From contig CAVNZM010000008.1 of the NCBI GenBank assembly GCA_963693365.1, positions 7,202,830 through 7,266,829 of the forward strand: a stretch of DNA of 64,000 nucleotides, in the 5' to 3' direction. A program made the position numbers and the translations under genes. This stretch comes from Amoebidium appalachense. Taxonomy: Eukaryota > Protista > Ichthyosporea. This document shows positions 23,320 through 57,320 of this stretch, in pieces; position 1 is the stretch's first letter, and every line of letters starts with the position of its first letter. The notes under the pieces are model-generated. The model saw only the letters and a program-made list of their open reading frames with translations, had not been told where the DNA came from and made no database searches.

Positions 23320-24249
23320 TTAGAAGAGTGGAATCCCTGAACACTTCCCACGTCGGGATTAGGGTTTTTATGTAAAAACCCGATCTGCCTGAATCGTATG
23401 CCAGTTTGAAACTTCGTATTTCGAAGATAACTTGGCTATATTTTACGGTGCCTGTATGAGATGACTTCCACAGATTTTTAGTAGATTTCATCTATTGCTC
23501 GCATATCATGTATTTCGCAACACCTGGCTGATGTCCCCGGGATAAGACATAACCCAACCATGAATATTTCACTTCTGAACTGACCTTGACTCTCAGAGAT
23601 CCGCTCCCAATATATTTCTGGCCATCAGCCTGAAAACGAAGACTCAGGCATGGGCCCACAGGCCCACCCGCCCCCATCAGACCGGAATCATTACATATAT
23701 TTTATTTCCAGGCACAAACCATCCACAATTATACTATATTTCCTGCAACATATATGCCATGGGGCTTACCGTGTTGATTGTTAGACCTCAAGGCGTGATG
23801 GGGGCCCACTACAAACTGATCCATTGCAGATGTGACTCTGCACCGTGTGAGCCCCTGTGCGAAGGCCCCCCAAACATCATGCAAAATGTCATTTCTATAC
23901 AGCAGAAAAAGGTTTCAGCCTTGGAATGTGGGATAGAGCGATTGTATCCTCTCCGTTATTATTTTCCTTGAGGGGAACGATTGTTACCATTTTATTCGAT
24001 ATTGCAACCTCGAGCTCCGGGATAGGATGTGAATGGAAACCCCCCCCCCCCCCCCCCTCCCCCCTTCTCCTTCGGAAGTTGGGGTTGGTGAGGTTGGGTG
24101 TATTCCCATGATTCTTTGAGTCTTTCCTTTTCTTTCTTTTTGTCGAGGGTGCAGGGGGTGAGCCTCAGGGGCGGCGAGGGGGGAGGGGGAGGGGCGGGAG
24201 GGTCGGTGAGGGGGAAGGGTGAAGGCGAGGCGGGGAGGTGTGAGGGGAA

Positions 24250-24282
<33 letters not shown>

Positions 24283-25057
24283 TCACTAAAAAGAAAAGGC
24301 GCACTTGCGTGCCCAAGTTGCCCCCCCCCCCCCCCCCTCCCCCCCCCCCCCCCCCCCCCTCTCCCCTTCCCCCGGGGAGCCCAGAGTCATGCTCTGCCTC
24401 CTCTTTTTCCTTCCCCGGGCCGGTAAGTGCCCACACCCACCCACACCAAAACCAAAGCTGACATCATAGAAAAGCGGATGCCATATGAAAACGTATTCTG
24501 TAAGACTGGCATACTGTGTGTGTATGTGTGTGTGTGGGGGGGGGGGGGGGGAGGGGGAGGGAGGGGGGGTGTGTGTGACACTGTGTGTGTGTGTGTGTGG
24601 GGGGGGGGGGGGGCTAGATACTTTTGGGTGTGTATGAAACTGTTCAAATTGTGAGTGTGATTATTAGTATAATCGTCACGGTTACTTACTCTCTCATGCA
24701 TGTACTCACGTGATTACTAGTAGACCGCCGATCAGAGCATTGCAGTGCTGTGGTCCCACAATCATCGTCTCGGCATGTGCTTGATTATATCAGAGTGGTT
24801 GCGACTGGTGAATTGGGTGGCCAACACGCACTGACCGTAATAACTAGGGCACATGCACAGACAGAGGATGTGTGCAATGATGTGAATGCTCCGCCACCCC
24901 ATAAAGCTTGCTGAAAGTAGTAAAACCCCAAATGGTGTTATCTTTCTTCCCCCTCCCCGTCCCTCTCTCTTCTCTCTGCAAACAGCTGTCATTCTGTACA
25001 TATTTAGCATCACGAATTAGAAAAGTAATTTTCACATGATCTTGTTGTACAAGATAA

Positions 25058-25088
<31 letters not shown>

Positions 25089-25371
25089 TTCTTCCCCCTC
25101 CCGCGTATGTACTGACATCATGTGGTCACCCATGTAACAGCCGGAAAAAGCGATGATCCTGGCCAAGGGGAAAGCTTCTTTAAATGTATGAATCATATGG
25201 TAAAGTTTTACCTATCGTATGAAACATCACTTAGCATCTTTTTCACTATGTTGGTTGTGGTTTGAAATATGGACAATGGAAGGCTCAAGCTTGATCTTTG
25301 AAGTTTCGTTCTGTTAGGAGTCGGAAACAAACTATAGTATCATAGTGCATATGGCCGCACACAGCTATTCG

Positions 25372-25406
<35 letters not shown>

Positions 25407-26417
25407 CCTTCCCCTCCCCCCGGGGGGCCGGGCCCCGAGGACCTAGCCCCGAGGGCACCAACAAACAACCGCCTTGCAACCGGCCACCACCATCACACAA
25501 ACTTAAATATTAATAGTTAAAAAATAACGTCTACCGGAGGCTTCTAAGTACTCGTGACCTAAGGGTTCAGGGATGTGTACCGAGCAAAAGCCTCCCAAAT
25601 CGATATCTAGTAGATCCTATGTGTGTTATGTGTGTTTGGGAAACAAACCCTCCCCCCCCCCCCCCCCCCCCCCTAATTAAGTTTGTATATTAGCTTTATA
25701 TATCCGGGGTTCTTTTGCTCACACTAAAAAATTTAATGTGAAATTCCATCCATGTAAACACCGTGTGCAATTGCAATGGCATACGTAGTCACATGCGCAC
25801 GAGGATGTTTTAGGCCAAGTGAAAGTACAAGTCTTTCTTCCATTCAGCTATGTGAGCACTAAGTACATGTACATGGTAGTGACAGCAAAGAGTATTTCCA
25901 TACATAGGTAGTGACAAAAAACCTTTAGTTGTTAAGTACAAGAACAAAGGATGAAACTCTTCAAGGCGTGTCGGCCCACTGCAATATACACCCTTGTTAG
26001 AAATATGTTGTCCTCCACACCTATTGCTTTTGTAAAGGCATAGGCAATCACTCAGCCTCAGACAATCAGATACACATGTATAAGACATTAGCATTGCAAC
26101 ATCAGATTCAGTTTAAAATATTCTTACAATTAGGCAATATGAAACACATTTCAGACATCGAGAGCAACCAGACATTCAAATATCTAGGCATTCAGCCTCA
26201 ATGTTGAAACTTTGCAAATCCCACTTTTTTCAATTTATCAAATGCATATCACACCAAGGCTGGCCATCTATTTCCCTCCCATCAAACTTGCACATTCAAT
26301 GATATAACCAATAGTGCTAGATTAGGCATAATCTCGCATCCTCTGATCAACATTGACAATTACGCATTTGCCCTTGAAATTTCACATATCAAAACCAAGT
26401 CGTTTTAATTTTCCGTA

Positions 26418-38651
<12,234 letters not shown>

Positions 38652-39108
38652 GTTGTATTGTTACAACAGGTGATAAAACTACTTCGTCTCAACGATTATG
38701 TCACAAACCTTTGCCCAGATGGTCAAGTTTAGAGAATGAGAAAGTGAAACATGGCTTTGGTAAGTAGGGTGGTACTGCTTAGTTACGCGTCACACAAGCT
38801 ACTGAAAAACATGCAGCGCACGTCTGACTAGAGAATATATAAATCCTCAGGCTACAGTTCAGTACTGTACTTCATCATAAAATGTTGTGTGCGAGGAAAC
38901 GCCTCAGGCCAGGCTTGAACTGTGGTCAGAGGACCATGCTCGGAACTGCCCTTGAAGAAAGTGCAACAAAACACCCAATTGGCATGGGCCAAATCATGCT
39001 AAATCACATTTGTTACGCAAAAGCATTTTTGGCGCGAATTATTTTTATATTCTTTTTTTATAATGACTTCATTGAAAATTTGAGCCTCTTGAGCCGGGCG
39101 GCCGAGCC

Positions 39109-42100
39109 TATCCCATTCCGAAATGAGCAAATCAATCTGGCTATTTCCGCTTTTCCTTTTTCTCAATTTTGCATTTCTCCCCAGTCGTATTTTCACAATT
39201 TCTGGATAAAACGAGATATTTAGACAAATAATCGCATTATGTCATTGCAACGTTGCTCTCTATTTTTCTATTTTCTCTATTTTTCATTTTTGCAGATTTC
39301 GGCATTTTTGCAATAACAACCTTTTTGCGAGTGAATGTGTAGCCTACTTGAAGCTTAAGTAAATATGGAGACAATGGCAAAGCTTAAGTAAATATGGAGA
39401 CAATGGCATCTCAAACTCTCATTAGTCGTGATACACAGTTCACGCCCGTTTTTAGTTTCACGCCTGGGGCCAGAGTTGGCCCACCAGACTTGCATGGTAT
39501 ACGTGCAGGCTCGACTAAGCCACAGTAATAATGGTGAGTGTCGCTTTTGTACAGCTGCCCCCCCCTAACCCCCTCCTGCTCCATCCCTCTCTGTCTCCCT
39601 CTCCCTTTCCACCCCTCCCTTCCTCCCTCCCCCTCCTGCTCCATCCCTCTCTGTCTCCCTCTCCCTTTCCACCCCTCCCTTCCTCCCTCCCCCCTCCCCC
39701 CCTCCCCCTCTCCCTCCCTCCCGCTACCTCGCTCTCTCACCCTCCCTCCCTCTCTCTCTCCCTCGTTCCCTCCTCCTCCCCTCCCTCCCCCTTCACCCCC
39801 GGCTCTCTGTCCCTCCCTCCCTCTTTCTCTCCTGTCCTCCTCTCCGAGTCCCTCTCGCACTCCCTCCTTCTTTCCTCTCCCCCCCCCCCCCCATGTCCCC
39901 CCCTCTCTCTCCCTCCTCGTGCCCCCCCACTCTCTCCCTTCTGTGAATATTGAGGTTCCCCCACTTGCTGTCCGTCCGTCCATTGCTCCCTCTCTTTCCT
40001 TCCCCCCCTTCCTCCCCTCCCCTGTCTCTGTTTCTCGCCCCCTCCCTCCGCCCCGTCCCCCCCCCCCCCCCCCCCCCCCCGCCTCCACCCAACCAACCCC
40101 ACGTCTCGCTCCCTCCCTCCCTCGCTCCCGCTCCCTCCCTCTCCCCCCCCCCCCCTCCCCCTCTCTCTCTCTCTCACACTCTCTGAGACTCTCTCTCTCT
40201 CTTCCCCTCCTCCCCTCCCCCTCCCCCCCCCCCTCCCCCCCCCCCCCTCTCTCCCTCCTGCCACCTTTTTCTGCTTTCTTATTGTCTGGCTGGGCTACGT
40301 CCTGTTCTAACTTTTAGCTCTCGAAATGTCTGAACACTTGTGCCTTTTCGTCTCTTGCCCCCATTTCCTTTTCTGTCCAAGTATTCTGTGTGAGGCATCT
40401 AAGGGAGTGGGCAGGCTCGTGTGTGCAACGGCAACAGATAGTGTTGGCTCTTGCATTTGTCTTTTTGCAAAATTTTTGTGTGCATGGCTGTCATGGCCCA
40501 CACACGTGCGAGTGCTTGCCGTATGCACAGGTGTTTCTTACTTCCCCCGTCTGTCTCTTTAACATGTCAATGGTTCCTAGTCCTGTCTGCTTGTCGTTGC
40601 ACACACATGCGTATGGTGGGTGGATAGCGGGCAAAGTGGTGTGTGCCCTTTGTTTTGCAATGACTGATTTATATTGTCCGTCATGAAAAAAACAAGGCAT
40701 TCTAACCCTTTTTAATCCCCCCTCCCCCCCCCCCCCCCCCCCCACCACCACCACCACCACCACTACGACACACACAGTCACACACACACACACACACACA
40801 ACACTTACATGCACAAAAGGTCGTCGCCCCATTCTTTGTGCTGTTCCTCCTTTATTCCTATCTTGTTTCCATCTGGACCTCCTTATTGTTTATTTCCCCC
40901 CGTGCCCAGCCCTCAGTCTTGGACTTCTCGTTATCGACGATCTCTCTCCCCCCCCCCCCCCCCCCCCCCCCTCTTTCCCCCTCACACATAATTAGTGACC
41001 TTCGCGTGCACCACACACACACAAGCATGCGCGCACGCACACACACACACCGCCACACACACACACACACATACACACACACGTGTACACACACCCACAC
41101 ACCCACACACCCACACACACGTGTGTGCGTGCTCAAAATGAGGGCGGCGTGTAAGATTATTCATGCTACATGTGCACACGACCACACCACACACAATGCT
41201 TGTAGGTTCGTCAGGACGTGAAGGTTGTAAACGAATAAAAAGGTACATGCTCTCTTTTTCTTATGGACAAAGGTACAGAGCAAAGTGCAACTGTTGTGCT
41301 TGTTGTCCCGGTGACTGCAAGTTCAACAGCTACTACAAAGCACGCAGGCTTGCCCCCCCCTCCCCCCCTCCCCCCCCCTCCCCCCTCCCCCCCCCCCCCT
41401 CCCCCCCCCCCCCCTCTCTCTCTCTCGCTCTCTCCACTCGCCCCCCCCCCCCCCCCCGCCCTCCCCCCCCCCCCACTCCTCCTCCACTCGCCCCCCCCCC
41501 CCCCCCTCCCTCCCTTCCTCCGCTTCCGCTTTGGCTTCCTCCCTCCCTCCCTCCCACCCTCGGAGTCCCTCCCTCCCTACCCCCATACCTCCCTCCCTCC
41601 CTCCCTCCCTCCCTCCACTCCTCTCACTCTTTCTGTGCATGTGTATGTGTGTGTCTGTATACGTACGTCTGTATACGGAGGGGAGGATGGGTTACTGTGG
41701 TTGCAACTAACCTCACCTTTGTCAGTGAAGCCTCCATCAACCAGAGCTTTGAGCTCTTCTCGATTGGTACACAGTTCCAATGCTTTTGGTGGCGCCATGC
41801 CGGTTACAAGTTTAACTCTTGCAGCAGCGTCAACAACTTGATAAGACCAGGGACTTCGTAATAACAGGAACGGCTATTCGTACCGTGAAAGAGAGACCAG
41901 CCAGCAGTAGGCCCGTGAGCCAAGAATTACAAGGTGCAGTCGCGACTAACTGGCCACCATTCTTTGAACATGACTAGTGCAGTCGCCTATTGCAACCCAA
42001 CGTTAACTGTTTAACCATTGCCCAACCCAACGGTCAACGGTCAGCTCGCCGTCGACGGTCACGTAAAACCAACAAAAATAACACGCATATGGCAGACGTC

Positions 42101-42399
42101 AAAAATGGGAAAAAGGATAAATTGGCGATATTGCAAAAATTCCAAAATAGCGCAAATAGAACCGAACCGTCGAAATGATCTTGAAAATACGAGTAAATCG
42201 ATAGGGGTTTACGCTGTTTACTCGAGGCAAAGAGAACCAGTCTCAGGTATGGGGGGGGGGGGGTTTGCTCGGAATATCCCCTCAGCGGTATATCATGATC
42301 ACGTACATAGATGTCGGGTGGTGACTATATATCAGGGTTTACTTTCTCTACGAGACACCATAAAGACTACAAGGAGAAGTCAATTAGTTGGGGTTCCCC

Positions 42400-42453
<54 letters not shown>

Positions 42454-42485
42454 GGGCTCCCCTCGGGACACTCGGTATCAGCTGG

Positions 42486-42538
<53 letters not shown>

Positions 42539-43034
42539 TGTGTGTGTGTGCGCGTGCGCTATAATTTTGTAGTGATGTGTTTCTCAAGCCAATCAATACA
42601 TCTAATAAACAGGTCGTAGTTACGCGTGTTTAGTATAAAATCAAGGATGTTGTAATTTACAGGTAGGCTATCTTTCTGGGTGTCTGTTGTGAATGTGACG
42701 TGTGTGTGTTGCGGTATTATGTGGTCTATCAAACTACATTTGGCGATACATGACCGGTTAAACTGGTGTGTGTGTGTGTTGTTTGGGCATGCAAATGATG
42801 CCACCTTATACTTATTAAATCGATAAAATCGATATATCCTGATATTTTGAAATGCATTTTATGGGTTTTCAAAAATCGTTTATCCGTTGAATGATATTTC
42901 AAAAATGTGAAAATTTTAGAATTTATCAGCAGAATATTTGGCATATCTCACTAAAGTTTATGAAGAAAAGGAAAAATGCGAAAATGGAAATGAGGAAAAA
43001 GCCCATATTGATTTGCTCGTTTCGGAATGGGATA
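39109..43034 (-). mobile_element. TIR DNA transposon, 3926 bp, IS3EU-like, apparently non-autonomous or decayed
   Basis: 28-bp TIR cores tatcccattccgaaa(t/c)gagcaaatcaat at 39109-39136 and 43007-43034 (1 mismatch), weaker subterminal similarity, and an exact 6-bp direct repeat CGAGCC at 39103-39108 and 43035-43040. TAY..RTA termini with a 6-bp TSD is the described IS3EU signature. Confidence 0.8.
41717..41798 (-). pseudogene. Putative first exon of a decayed transposon protein (HTH-like N-terminus)
   Basis: ATG at 41798 gives MAPPKALELCTNREELKALVDGGFTDK, then donor g|gtgagg. A candidate next exon near 41330 reads AVELAVTGTTSTTV. No intact DDE domain seen. Confidence 0.45.
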
Positions 43035-43705
43035 CGAGCCGCTGTTACGTAACCCGGTAACTCGGCGTTCACTTCTGCTAAAAAAAAAAAAAGCAACTTC
43101 AAAGTTGGAGAGAGGGTGCTAAGTAGAGTGGGTGCAAAAGGAAAAATTTGCGGAGAGGAGGGCAAAAGTGCATACATAGGGTTGCTTACAAGCGTTAGAG
43201 AAGGGCAAAATGGCCGAAAATCACATTCGCCTGGTAGCAAGCGAGAGAGAGGGACGGCAAAAACGTTGTAGCAGATGGGTGAAGGGGGGCAAAAAGCTTC
43301 TGGTTAGCTGGTGGGGAACCAAGCAGGAAAGTAGCAAAAAATGAATCACTACAAAGATAAGAGGCCTAGCACTCAGTCCCTGTTTGAATTCTAAACATGT
43401 AAATCTGCATAAGGGGCTTGTGGAGACCTCGTTTCACCCTACCCACTAATGCATTGTAGTAGCTGAGATAAGAGCTCAGCCTCGTCCAAGTGAGAAACCG
43501 AAGTTTGGAAACCTAGGAGCTTTGCCATCTTGAGAGATCTAGCGACACAGGAGTTACATCATGTTATGTTTTTTCAGCAAACATAATAACAAAACACGAA
43601 GACGTTATAGTCACCCTTTTCCCTTGTTGTACTTCGAATTCAACCCAAAGAACACAAAGCCCACCGGTAAAGTCAGCTCTGCAGGTTGCTTGAAGGTTAG
43701 CCAAG

Positions 43706-51450
<7,745 letters not shown>

Positions 51451-51925
51451 TTATGGTTACACTGGCCCGGGGCCTTCAACAAAAAGTTGATCATGTGTGA
51501 GTGCGCAAAACGAAATGTATAATCTTCTTGCTGTTGGTGTTGAGAGTAGCTATGCAGTTGAAGCAGTCAGATGAGTGTTATGTTGCTTAAGTTAAGCCAG
51601 CTGTCGACGTTTGTGCATGGTTTCCAGTCCATTGGGTTGAGAACGTGTTTGTGTAGCTACAAGAGGAATGATGGTGTTTGTCTGAGGGTTTGCATTGTCT
51701 ACTCCGGTTTGTATTGCCTGTGATGAATGACATGCAGACACGCACCAGCACCATCACACCTTCAAACATGCGCATTCGCTTGCAAATATCATTAATCTTG
51801 TTAAAGCACATGGCACAATCGCTTGTGTACAAGCAGACCAACGTCGGCAGGTGCATCACATATGCACATGCATGTTCAAAGCCATGCACACACCTTACGT
51901 GCGCACGCGCGTATGTGTGTGTGTG

Positions 51926-51997
<72 letters not shown>

Positions 51998-52315
51998 CGA
52001 GTGCCAGTGCCCTCTGAACGTATATCCCTGTGCGCACGTTCTTTTTGTGCGAAATAGACATACAAGCACCTGGTTAATACAACACTCAGTGCAAAGCCCG
52101 CATCAAATCTGGTGCTCGGAGGTCGGTTAGGGCACACTGAGGTTTACCGTGGCCTATTGGAAGGTATAGCTGTTTATGTTTAAGTATCATGTTGCTTGTC
52201 ATCACAACATATTCAAGTTGTGCCTTTTTATTCCATCTAAGAGCCTCAGGGTGGGTGCCTTACGAGCAAAGTGTGCTCCCTCCCTCCCTCCCTCCCCCCC
52301 CCCCCCCTTTCCCCC

Positions 52316-52533
<218 letters not shown>

Positions 52534-52898
52534 GGCCTCTCGCTCTTACAACATTGCCTCACTATCAAAGTTCATTCTGTAAATAGATAAAAATTGCGGG
52601 CCTGCTCCCAAAATATGTAGGATCTCTGGGTGGACGCTTTGGCTGCAGGTGTTCTGTTATGTATTGTCCGTAAAGGGGTATATCGTTTCGTTAATATCTG
52701 ATTCAAATGCATGTGTGTGTCTGTGTGCGTGCCTGCTTGTGTGTGTGTGTGGAGTGTGTGTGTGTGTGTGTATGTAAATGAGTGAGTGTGTGTGTGTGTG
52801 TGCATGTGTCACAGTGTGAATCGTGTGTGTGTGTGTGTGTGTGTGTGCGTGTGCGTACATGTGCGCGTGTGTGCGCGTGCATGTGCATGTAGGTGTGG

Positions 52899-52956
<58 letters not shown>

Positions 52957-55900
52957 TTGAGAGATACGGTGTGTGTGTGTGTGTCCGCTTAAGGCCACCG
53001 TGACAGTGATGCACTTGTGATAGACCGAGCGCGTGTACATGTTTGCACTTGTCTGTGCACGTTTTGCATAATCGTGACATGGCATAACCGCTCTGATGTG
53101 CTGTGTAGATCTGCAGCTGTCACAAGCAAGATATATATTCCCTGCCTTATTCTGATCAGGCCTCTTGTATATATTCCCTGCCTTATTCTGATCAGACCTC
53201 GTTATAATCTGCCCTCAAGTTCCGAATTTGGTTGTGACAGGGCAGACGATCGAGGATGTACATGCCCCATGTACATGCCCCGGTTGTGGCAACAACAGCA
53301 CACGCAACAGACTGTGCACGTACAAAGGTGCGCAGCTAATCATGCCAGCCTGGACAGACGACGACCCTGCCAGGAGCCACATATATTTACGCCGTCGTCA
53401 AGTTGTATACACTAGTTCGGAATTCCCCTTGGAATTCGTTTGCGTAACCTTATATGGCTGACCTGAAAGATTTGGGTCATCTGATTGGCCTCACATTCCG
53501 AAAGGGCTAGGGTAAGTGGTAAGGGCTGCCCTCACCCCATCGGGGCCGTATTACAAATCTACATGCTCTGATGTGCATGTTTCACTCGCTTTTACTAAGA
53601 AAACAGGTTTTGGTTCATTATGAAAAGTTGTCGGAAATGAAAAAACGCGTAATCTGACCGTCCGCCTGTCAGGCCTATTTTTTTTGTAGGGCCGTGGTCG
53701 ATCGTCTATGACAACTTGAAACCATAGGTATTTCTAGTTTTCACAATAAAATAAGCGGCGGGCACCCAATGTTGCTTATATACAATAAATGTGTGTCGTG
53801 GTGTGTATAAAAATAAAAATGTTAATTAGTTGACCAAAGCCCGTTTTCTATTCATATTTGTAACTTTGATCAACCGTCATTTGGTATGTCAGTAGTCCTT
53901 CCCCCAGCCCGGCCCCTTCATTACGTCAGCAATCTGAACGGAGCGAAGCAAAGTCATCGAAAATTTTACATAGGCAATCCGAACTAGTGTATACCGTGTA
54001 CGTACAGTGCATTCGTCATGGGGCAATCAAGAGAATCGACTTTGTGCAAAAGTGCGCTGCAGCTAATCACATGAGAATCATATGCGTGGTCTACTGACAT
54101 CAGCTGCAGAATCTGCAGATTCGTAGCCGTTGCACAGATCCAACAATGAACAATGATCGAGCCACCGTGCACAGGCCTAGGCTGCAAAGTTTACTGTAGG
54201 TAATCGTTGTTCCTGTGCCAACGGCGCCTTTACCAGCCCCAGCACGGGGATACTTTCACAGTCACTCTGCATGTAGGCCCTGCAGTCAATCCTTGCAACG
54301 GGCGAGATAATGTTATGTGTGTACCGTTTTTTGAAAAGGAATGCGCAAAGGGGTTTAGCTATGGTCCCCTGTGGTCGTCGAGCCTATCGCGTTGGGCGCC
54401 TTACCCTGGAATCCGAGTCTTTTGAGTTCTTGAACCGAATGTGTTTGTGGACATATGGTGCCACAAAGCGTTCGGCGGGGGGCTTGCCCGCGCCTTGTGT
54501 ACACTCTGGCCTACGTATAAACGGGCCCTCGAGGTGAAGTTGTAACATGCACTGATATCATCCATCGGATGTCGATCAGCTCGCTCGGCACGTGATCACA
54601 AGCAAAGATATATCTGAACTTTTTATGTAGTTTCCAGTGGCCGTTGGTTCCAGCGTGAGATATGGCATTGGCCGAGAGTGTATATATGTACACACGCGTT
54701 TGCAACACGGACCCCGTACCAAAGCGATTGAATATTTTTCTAAGGAACGTCCACGTTTCATTGATTTGACAACCTGCAGTTACTATCTATTGTCATGTAG
54801 CGTGCATATATATCACGGTCCCCTATTACAAAGCAATTCATTATTACACGACCTAGCCTGCCACCCTGTGGCCGGCGGCCCCTGTCACATGCTGGCCTGT
54901 CGTATTCTTTCAAACCCTGGTATGAATGTGCACCTGGCATTTGTCTGTCCCAAGATGTAGAAACGATTGGGCAGGCTACAGAGTTTGGTCAAAGTTTCAT
55001 GAGCATGAACATGTTTCAATTGCAAACTGAAAGGAAGTGTCTACGAAGTTTGCAACAGATATGCAACAGGCTGCCTAAGATGCTGCTAAAAATGAATGTG
55101 CATTATATGATTTGTGATTGTTTTCCGTGTTCCGCTCCCGGTGGATCATGATTTAGCGAGACCGTGGGCCAGGCAGATTTTTTAGAAAGACACAAAATGA
55201 TCACTGATACCATCATCTTCGAAGACTTCGACTCTGATGAGTACAGATCCTGTGGGCTCATTCGCTCCTCATTTGCCCATTTATGACGTAACCGGTATTG
55301 ATTCCGCCAATCAGCCTCTAGAAAAATCTTTAAGCCAGCGATTGGCGGTTTTTAACCAATCAAACGTTTTCCTTGCATCCTACTATTCAAAGTTCGATAA
55401 TTCCTAATAATGAAAGTTCAGTCTGGGAGCCAATCGTTGTCCGCTATTGTTACAGCGGAATTTCAGGAATCTTGTACCCGTAGTTTGTATAAACATGCTG
55501 GTCCAAGGCTCCATGTCGGTCTTAGACGCACCCTTGGCTCCGGACTTAATTTAAATTATGATATCTTCAAGAAGTTTTCGTACGATCCTTAAAAATATGA
55601 AACTATTTGGGCATTCATAATCTCACATGACTGTATATAGGGCGAAACCCCTCCTCAATTATCCTGGGAGGGATACTGTCACAGGGTTTGATATTCTGTA
55701 TTTTATCAGTTACTACATCTACGAAAGCTATATAGCCACAATATAGAACAACCGGTCGTGGGGCCGGGGGAACGTCAATTACGTTCCTTGAGTATATAAA
55801 TACGTTGGTAAAATTTAAAATAAATTTTCTTTTATTTCTAGCCCCCTTCATGTAGACCTGGCTGACTGAGTGACTAGTCATACTTCAAGACCTTGCACAA

Positions 55901-56364
55901 GATATCATACTGCCATGTCCGCGGTTAAGAAATAATATCCGCGATCTAGAAAGAAAGAAAGGATAGTGAGAGGGTGTGCAGAACAAGTGCTCGCTCGCCG
56001 TATATAATATACATTTCTCATATCATGGACTATGATGTGGTAAAACACCGTATATGGCATTGGAATAGGCCTCTTTTCCCTGTATTTTGGCCGTCACTTA
56101 TACAGTTTTAAGACGGTCGTAAGCATGCGTACATAATCGTGGACTCTGGCGGGGCCGGCGCCCGCGGCGGTGCGCTGCAATCTAATATTAGCTACATATC
56201 GTTTCTCCGCATCATTTCTCCGTATCCGCGGGGGCCATGCCGCCGGGCCCCTGCGCAGACGCATGCAAAGCGTACTTCACGTACGCACGCGGCTTGGGTT
56301 TGAAGTGTTTGCATGCCTGCGAGGGTGCAAGGGGAAGCTTGCTGAAAGTGTGCCCGCGGACGGG

Positions 56365-56371
56365 TATAAAG
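56365..56371 (+). promoter_or_regulatory. Candidate TATA box in a GC/CpG-rich region upstream of the zinc-finger gene
   Basis: gggTATAAAg follows a CpG-rich stretch at 56145-56360. A possible 5'UTR exon ends at donor cag|gtactt (56690) and splices to the acceptor at 57712. Confidence 0.35.
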
Positions 56372-57235
56372 ACGCGGTGAGTCCCGGCGTCTGGCCGATC
56401 AGATCTAGAGTCATCACGTTGATGGACTTTGATCATGATGGCTGAAAGTCCACGTCCATCTGTGTCAACTTGAAAATTTGACGGAGATTTGCCGCGATTG
56501 CAAGAAGCGAACATTTTGCCCTGGTGGTACAGAATTTTTTTTTTTGGCTATAGCTAAAAGGTTCACCAGGTGAACTCAGAGTGAGAAACCAAAGACTTCG
56601 GAGCCGTTAGAAAATAGTTGACAAGGTCTGGACGAGTTCGGCTTAGCATTGGCTCCCGGTTCACCGCACAAAAGGTTCTCCTCTGGCAGGTACTTGGGTC
56701 AGAGCAATCAACCCCTTCACATCCCATGTGTACATGTGCCTGTAGCTCTTGACGAGGATACACACACACACCACGGCACACAACTTAAAGAGACTCGCAC
56801 GTAATCCATTTCAAACGAACACGCGCACAGACCCGAGAGCGTAAACACACGTGTGCAACACAAACTCGTTGTACAATCAATCACACGAGCACTGATGTAT
56901 TGACTGGAGGACTAGATATACACGTGGTGTGACACACATGCAATTTGCAAGGGACAGTGGGGATTTCATCATGAGGTTTGTGTCGCCCGTTTGCACGCAA
57001 AACACACAGACCCGACGAATCTTCGTGGACGACTTTTCGTGCTAATATGCACACACACACGCTGCAAAAATATGTGCACTTTTTGTGCAAACACAATAGT
57101 AGACTCCACACTTCTCGGGCAGTAGCAAATACACGGTGACAGGCACACACAAGTACCTCCTCCACACAAACACAAACACACACACAAAAGCGGACACATG
57201 CACCGAAAATATCCACCCACACATGCAGTACATGA

Positions 57236-57320
<85 letters not shown>

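Noticed and set aside
55234-55275. Hammerhead ribozyme (CTGATGAG core)
   Set aside because: No GAAA after a stem II and no matching stems I/III.
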